Assembly: GCA_963742735.1 (NCBI GenBank)
Contig: CAVUMN010000003.1
Span: 898,623-962,622 of the forward strand
Direction of reading: 5' to 3'
DNA from: an uncultured Actinomycetes bacterium
GTDB taxonomy: Bacteria > Actinomycetota > UBA4738 > JBBDTT01
DNA length: 64,000 nucleotides
Positions 58,416 through 64,000 of the stretch are shown here, piece after piece (positions within the stretch are counted from its first letter, which is position 1; each line of letters starts with the position of its first letter). The position numbers were made by a program, and so were the translations under genes. The notes beneath the pieces were generated by a model. The model had not been told where the DNA came from and made no database searches. It was given only the letters and a program-made list of their open reading frames with translations.

Positions 58416-59723
58416 CTAGCGCTCCTTCTCCAGCACCTCGACGCCCGGCAGCTCCCGGCCCTCGATGAACTCGAGGGAGGCGCCCCCGCCCGTCGACAGG
58501 TGGTCGATCGAATCCTCCAACCCCGCGCGCCGCAGCGCCAACAGGCTGTCCCCGCCCCCCACGACCGAGAACGCCTTGGCGCCGGCCACCGCGCGGGCCA
58601 CGCCGAGGGTACCGGCCGCGAACGGCTCGACCTCGAACACGCCCATCGGGCCGTTCCACAGGATGGTCTTGGCGTCGGCGAGGGTGCGCGCGAACTCCTC
58701 GACGGTGCGCGGGCCGATGTCGAGACCCTTCAGCCCGTCGGGAACGGCGTCGGCGGGCACGGTCTGCGTGCGGGCGTTCGCGTCGATCTCGGCCGCGGCG
58801 ACCACGTCCTCGGGCAGCAGGACCGGCACGCCGCGCTCGTCGGCCTTGGCCAGGGCTCGCTCGACGTCGTCGAAGCGGTCGGGCTCGAGCAGCGAATCGC
58901 CGACCTGAGCCCCCTTCACGGCGAGCAGCGTGAACGCCATGGCGCCGCCCACCAGGACGGCGTCGACCTTCTCGACCAGGGCCTCGAGCACGCCGAGCTT
59001 GTCGGAGATCTTGGCCCCGCCGAGGATGGCGACGTAGGGGTGCTCGGGATCGTCCCGGAGCTTCGAAAGGACCTCGACCTCCTTCTGCATCAGCCGGCCC
59101 GCGGCGCTCGGGAGCCGCTCGGCCACGCCGACGACGCTGGCGTGTGCCCGGTGGGCCGCGCCGAACGCGTCGTTCACGTAGGCCTCCGCCAGCGAGGCCA
59201 GCGCGTCCGCGAACCCCGGGTCGTTGGCCTCCTCGCCCGGATCGAACCGCAGGTTCTCCAGGAGGATCACCGTGTGGTTGTTGAGGGGCTCCCGGTAGAC
59301 GTACTCCCTGCGAGGAGTGCGCTTCCGCTCCGCCTCGATCCGGCGGACGATCTCCTCGGGATCGAAGCCCTCGTCCTTGGTCTTCACGGTCATCCCGCCC
59401 ATCCCCGGCGCGGGATACAGCCTGGTGAGCGTTGGGGGCATCTCGGGCGGGGTCATCACCGGTCTCCCCAGGACGTCTACGAGCGCGATGGCGACGTGCT
59501 TCATCCGCAGCTCCTCGACGACCTTCCCCTTTGGCCGGCCGAGGTGCGACGCGAGGATCACGTGTGCGCCGGCGTCGAGGAGCTCGTTGATCGTGGGCAC
59601 CGACGCCCGGATGCGGAAGTCGTCGGCGACCTCGCCGTCCTCGAGGGGGACGTTGAAGTCGACGCGGACCAGGACGCGTTTGCCGGAGAGGTCTCCGAGG
59701 TCCTCGATCGTCCGGAGGGTCAA
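58416..59723 (-). CDS. pgk: phosphoglycerate kinase (with internal insertion)
   Basis: RVDFNVP, SHLGRPKG, LLENLRF, NDAFGAAHRAHAS, GGAKISDK, WNGPMGVFE, GGGDS, STGGGASLE. Confidence 0.96.
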   Translation of the reverse strand: MTLRTIEDLGDLSGKRVLVRVDFNVPLEDGEVADDFRIRASVPTINELLDAGAHVILASHLGRPKGKVVEELRMKHVAIALVDVLGRPVMTPPEMPPTLTRLYPAPGMGGMTVKTKDEGFDPEEIVRRIEAERKRTPRREYVYREPLNNHTVILLENLRFDPGEEANDPGFADALASLAEAYVNDAFGAAHRAHASVVGVAERLPSAAGRLMQKEVEVLSKLRDDPEHPYVAILGGAKISDKLGVLEALVEKVDAVLVGGAMAFTLLAVKGAQVGDSLLEPDRFDDVERALAKADERGVPVLLPEDVVAAAEIDANARTQTVPADAVPDGLKGLDIGPRTVEEFARTLADAKTILWNGPMGVFEVEPFAAGTLGVARAVAGAKAFSVVGGGDSLLALRRAGLEDSIDHLSTGGGASLEFIEGRELPGVEVLEKER

Positions 59724-59724
59724 C

Positions 59725-60804
<1,080 letters not shown>

Positions 60805-61749
60805 TTACGCGTGGTGCGAGCGGAGGCGAGCCAGCGCGGCCGCGACGAGCACCAGCACGAGGGTCGCCCCCAGGGGCCCGCCCGGGCCGCTCGGCGCGAC
60901 CCCGGACACGACCGGCGGGCTCGCCGCGGTCGCCGTCGTCGTCGGCGTCGTCGTCGGGCAGCGGGGCTCCTGGTCGGGGAAGCAGGCGGGCGTGGTCGTC
61001 GGCGGGGGCGTGGTCGTCGGCGGCTTCGTGGTGGTCGGTTTCGGTGAGTGCGTCGTGGTCGGTGGCGGCGGCGGAACCGTCGTGGTGGGAGGCACGTAGA
61101 CGGAGGCGGTGGTGTCCACGCTGGGCTTGGGCGTGGGGCCGTCGCTCTTCGGAGGCGCCGTCTCGGGGACGAACTCCTCGAGGGCGACGTCGTCGACCGG
61201 CGCCTGCGGCGCCAGGACGAGCGAGGGCTGGGCTTGCTCGGCCGGCGCGGGGGCCCGGCTGACCAGCCAGGTCATCACCACGAACATCAGCGAGCCGGCG
61301 ACGACCGCCGCGATCACCTTGTCGGTCCGGCCGCGGAAGACCGGTGCCCGGCGGGGGCCCCTCAGGCCCTCCACGCGCATGGAGGCACGGGCGGCCATGC
61401 GCTCCCGCAGGTGCGGACGCTCCACCTTCAGCTTCGCCGGCCGATACATCGCGGAGGAGATGCGGTGCGCGAGCGGGATCTTGGGCTTGGGGCTTCGGGT
61501 GGCCCACTTCGGCTGGGCGGCCTTGACCTCGCGCCGGGCCCTGAACCGCGCGATCGGCGACGGCCTCGGGCGCCGCGGAAGCGACGCTGCCAGGCGCACG
61601 GAGCGCCGGGCGCGCATACGGGCGAGCGGGTTCGGCCGCTTCATGCGCGGCCCCTTGACCCGTTCGGGCTTCCCCGTGAGCATGCGGAAACGCCGGCGAT
61701 CCAGCCACATCTTGACCGGATTGGGGCGTCTCGGTCCCTTACGCGCCAA
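60805..61749 (-). CDS. hypothetical membrane protein: basic N-terminal repeats, TM, Pro/Thr-rich linker, C-terminal TM
   Basis: Fills the rapZ-gap interval exactly (TTG start 3 nt after the rapZ stop). Hydrophobic segments VIAAVVAGSLMFVVMTWLV and LGATLVLVLVAAAL. Confidence 0.68.
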   Translation of the reverse strand: MARKGPRRPNPVKMWLDRRRFRMLTGKPERVKGPRMKRPNPLARMRARRSVRLAASLPRRPRPSPIARFRARREVKAAQPKWATRSPKPKIPLAHRISSAMYRPAKLKVERPHLRERMAARASMRVEGLRGPRRAPVFRGRTDKVIAAVVAGSLMFVVMTWLVSRAPAPAEQAQPSLVLAPQAPVDDVALEEFVPETAPPKSDGPTPKPSVDTTASVYVPPTTTVPPPPPTTTHSPKPTTTKPPTTTPPPTTTPACFPDQEPRCPTTTPTTTATAASPPVVSGVAPSGPGGPLGATLVLVLVAAALARLRSHHA

Positions 61750-61752
61750 GCT

Positions 61753-62709
61753 CTACTCCCGTTCGATGTCGCGGTGCTCGAGGCCCACCGCCAGGCCCTT
61801 GTCCTGGAGGTAGCGCGCCAGCTCCTCGGCGACGACCACCGATCGATGGCGTCCCCCGGTGCAGCCGATCGCCAGGGAGAGGTACGACTTCCCCTCGGCC
61901 ACATAGCCCGGAACGAGAAAGTCTAACAGCCCCCGCAACCGTTCCATGAACTCTGCGTAATCTGGCTGGTTCGTCACGTATGACCGGACCTTCTTGCGCG
62001 TCCCCGGGAGGGGCCTGAGCTCGTCCACCCAATGGGGATTGGGCAGGAACCGCACGTCGAGGACCATGTCGGCGTCCCGGGGGACGCCGTACTTGTAGCC
62101 GAAGGAGATGAGCGAGACGCGCAGCCCCTCCTCGGGGCCACCCCGCGCGAAGGCCTCCCGGACGCGGTCCCGCAGCTCGTGCGGGGTCAGCTCGGTGGTG
62201 TCGATGATCAGGTCGGCGTCACCGCGGAGCGACTGCATCATCAGGCGCTCCTTGCGGATGCCCTCCACCACGCGGTCGACCGGGGCCAGGGGGTGGCGGC
62301 GCCGGGTGGCCTCGAACCGGTTCAGCAGGGACTCGTCGCTGGCCTCGAGGAAGACGATCCGGTAGGGAACCTTCAGACGGCGGAGCTCGGTCAGGGCCTT
62401 CGACAGCTCGGAGAAGAACACGCCGCCCCGGACGTCGATCACGATCGCCACGCGCCCGGGACCCGCCTTGTCCGTGCGAACGAGCTCGGCCATCTTGCCG
62501 ATGAGCGCGGGAGGCAGGTTGTCCACCACGAAGTAGCCCAGGTCCTCCAGGCTCTTGGCGGCCTCGGACCGGCCGGCCCCGGACAGGCCGGTGATGATCG
62601 TGAAGTCCGGGGTGTCCGCGACGGGTTCGCGGCGGGCGCTCGGCACGCGGGCGGCGGCCTGGGGCACGACGATCTCCTCCTCTTCGACCCGAGCCCGAGC
62701 GTCGCTCAC
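61753..62709 (-). CDS. rapZ: RNase adapter RapZ / YvcJ P-loop NTPase
   Basis: ITGLSGAGRS, LEDLGYFVVDNLP, TRRRHPL, SFGYKYG.P.DAD...DVRFLPNPHW, IGCTGGRHRSV, HRDI. GTGA overlap with uvrC. Confidence 0.94.
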   Translation of the reverse strand: MSDARARVEEEEIVVPQAAARVPSARREPVADTPDFTIITGLSGAGRSEAAKSLEDLGYFVVDNLPPALIGKMAELVRTDKAGPGRVAIVIDVRGGVFFSELSKALTELRRLKVPYRIVFLEASDESLLNRFEATRRRHPLAPVDRVVEGIRKERLMMQSLRGDADLIIDTTELTPHELRDRVREAFARGGPEEGLRVSLISFGYKYGVPRDADMVLDVRFLPNPHWVDELRPLPGTRKKVRSYVTNQPDYAEFMERLRGLLDFLVPGYVAEGKSYLSLAIGCTGGRHRSVVVAEELARYLQDKGLAVGLEHRDIERE

Positions 62710-64000
62710 CGCGCGGCGGGCTCGTGGAGACGACGGTACACCGCACGGGCAAGCTCGGGTCCGAACCCCGGCGTCTTTTCGATCTCCTCCACCGGGGCCT
62801 TGCCGACTCGGGCCAGCGACCCGAACCGCTTCAGGAGGGCCTTCTTGCGGGCCGGCCCGACGCCGGGAACCTCGTCCAACGGGCTGGCCAGGCTTCGCTT
62901 CTCGCGCAGCTTTCGGTGGTAGGCGATCGCGAACCGATGGGCCTCGTCGCGGAGGTGCTGCAGGACGAACAGCGCCTCCGAGCCGCGGGTGATCCGCAGG
63001 GGCTCGGGCTCGCCCGGCAGGTAGACCTCCTCCAGCCGCTTGGCCAGGCCGACCACCGGGATGTCCAGGCCGCGGCCCTGGAGGACCTTCACGGCCACGC
63101 CGAGCTGCCCCGCCCGCCGTCGACGACCACCAGCCCGGCGGGTACGCGAACTTCCCGGGCCGCCGCGGAGCTCCATCGCCGTTCGCCGGCTCGGTCTGCA
63201 GGCGAGCGAACCGGCGGGACAGGACCTCCTCCATCGAGGCGAAGTCGTCCTGGCCGGGCACGCCCTTGACCTCGAAACGGCGGTAGTCGCCGCGCTTGGG
63301 GAGGCCGTCCTCGAACACCACCATGGACCCGACGGTGTTCGTCGCCCCCAGGTTCGAGATGTCGTAGGCCTCGATGCGCAGGGGCGCGGTGGGCAGCCCC
63401 AGCACGTCGCCGAGCTCGGCCAGGGCGCGAGAGCGAGCCCCGAAGTCCGAGGCCCGCTTGAGCTTGTGGCGCAGGAACGCGTCCTTCGCGTTGCGCGTGA
63501 CGGTCTCCAGCAGCCGGCGGCGCTCTCCCCGCTCGGGGACCTTGATCCTGACCCGACTCCCCCGCCGCTCGGACAGCCACGTCTCCAGGACCTCCCGGTC
63601 CACGGGCCACTCCGGCACGAACACCGACGGCGGAACGTCCTCGCGCTCCATGTACAGCTCGCGCAGGAAGTCCGCGATCAGCGACGCGGCCTCCAGGTGC
63701 TCGACCTTGTCGACGATCCATCCCCGCCGCCCGACGACGCGGCCGCCTCGGACCACGAACACCTGGAAGGCGGCCTCCAGGTCGTCCTCGTCCAGGGCGA
63801 CCACGTCGAAGTCGATCGGGCGCGCCAGACCATCTCCTGCTGCTCCATGGCCTTGCGTGCCGCGGCCAGCTGGTCGCGGAACCGCGCCGCCGCCTCGTAC
63901 TCCTGGCGGTCCGCCGAGCGTCGCATCTCCTGGTCCAGGAGCTTGAGGATCGGCTTGTGGTTCCCCGCCAGGAAGTCCTCCATGCCCTCCACGATCTCGC
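62706..64000 (-). CDS. uvrC: excinuclease ABC subunit C (5' end outside the window; apparent indels near 63825 and 63110-63140)
   Basis: UVR domain EYEAAARFRDQ, RIEAYDISN, YRRF, DDFASM.EV..RRF, VVDGG.GQL, GLAKRLEE, LQHLRDEAHRFAI..HR, HhH PGVGP.RK. Confidence 0.93.

Noticed and set aside
59271-59456. Pgk insertion as an intein or palindromic element
   Set aside because: It is too short, has no Cys/Ser...His-Asn intein ends and shows no long inverted repeat.
60930-61100. GTCGTC/GTGGTC short tandem repeats
   Set aside because: They are explained by Thr/Pro codons in the PTTT-rich linker.
61753-63804. Apparent 683-aa UvrC-RapZ fusion ORF
   Set aside because: It arises from indels near 63110-63140. 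The UvrC C-terminus is intact in another frame ending at 62706, and rapZ has its own overlapping start.

Overview
High-GC DNA from a deep-branching actinobacterium (Actinomycetota; inferred from the Pup-proteasome locus, pafBC, helY, DUF3866 and DUF2017). It is almost all housekeeping chromosome, and I saw no transposase, integrase, phage gene or CRISPR array. Main blocks, listed by coordinate: (1) lipid and peptide genes (acyl-CoA dehydrogenase, M24 peptidase, glpD, Tat-type metallophosphoesterase, DAG kinase, alkyl-DHAP-synthase-like flavoprotein); (2) helY-hydrolase-DAGK-tatC-tatA-pafC-pafB; (3) a minus-strand run, in transcription order htrA, site-2 protease, ttuB-like ubiquitin-fold protein, ttuA, trmI, arc, small ORF, dop, pup(GGE), prcB, prcA, metallopeptidase, pafA; (4) an accessory stretch (penicillin acylase, two tandem flavin amine oxidases, AlkA-like glycosylase, BNR/VPS10 propeller protein, tandem pseudo-protease/protease, acyl-ACP desaturase with a divergent TetR and a phased operator array); (5) tRNA-Leu(GAG), clpS and DUF2017; (6) in transcription order uvrC-rapZ-novel gene-gap-pgk-tpiA-apgM-oppCABDF-secG. 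The most notable points are a second ubiquitin-like protein beside the Pup-proteasome whose Gly-Gly is masked by a hairpin-encoded tail, a repeat-containing membrane protein in the usual yvcK-whiA position, and a large insertion in Pgk. Several short indels in conserved genes look like sequencing or assembly errors. All family assignments come from motif recognition by eye, not database searches.
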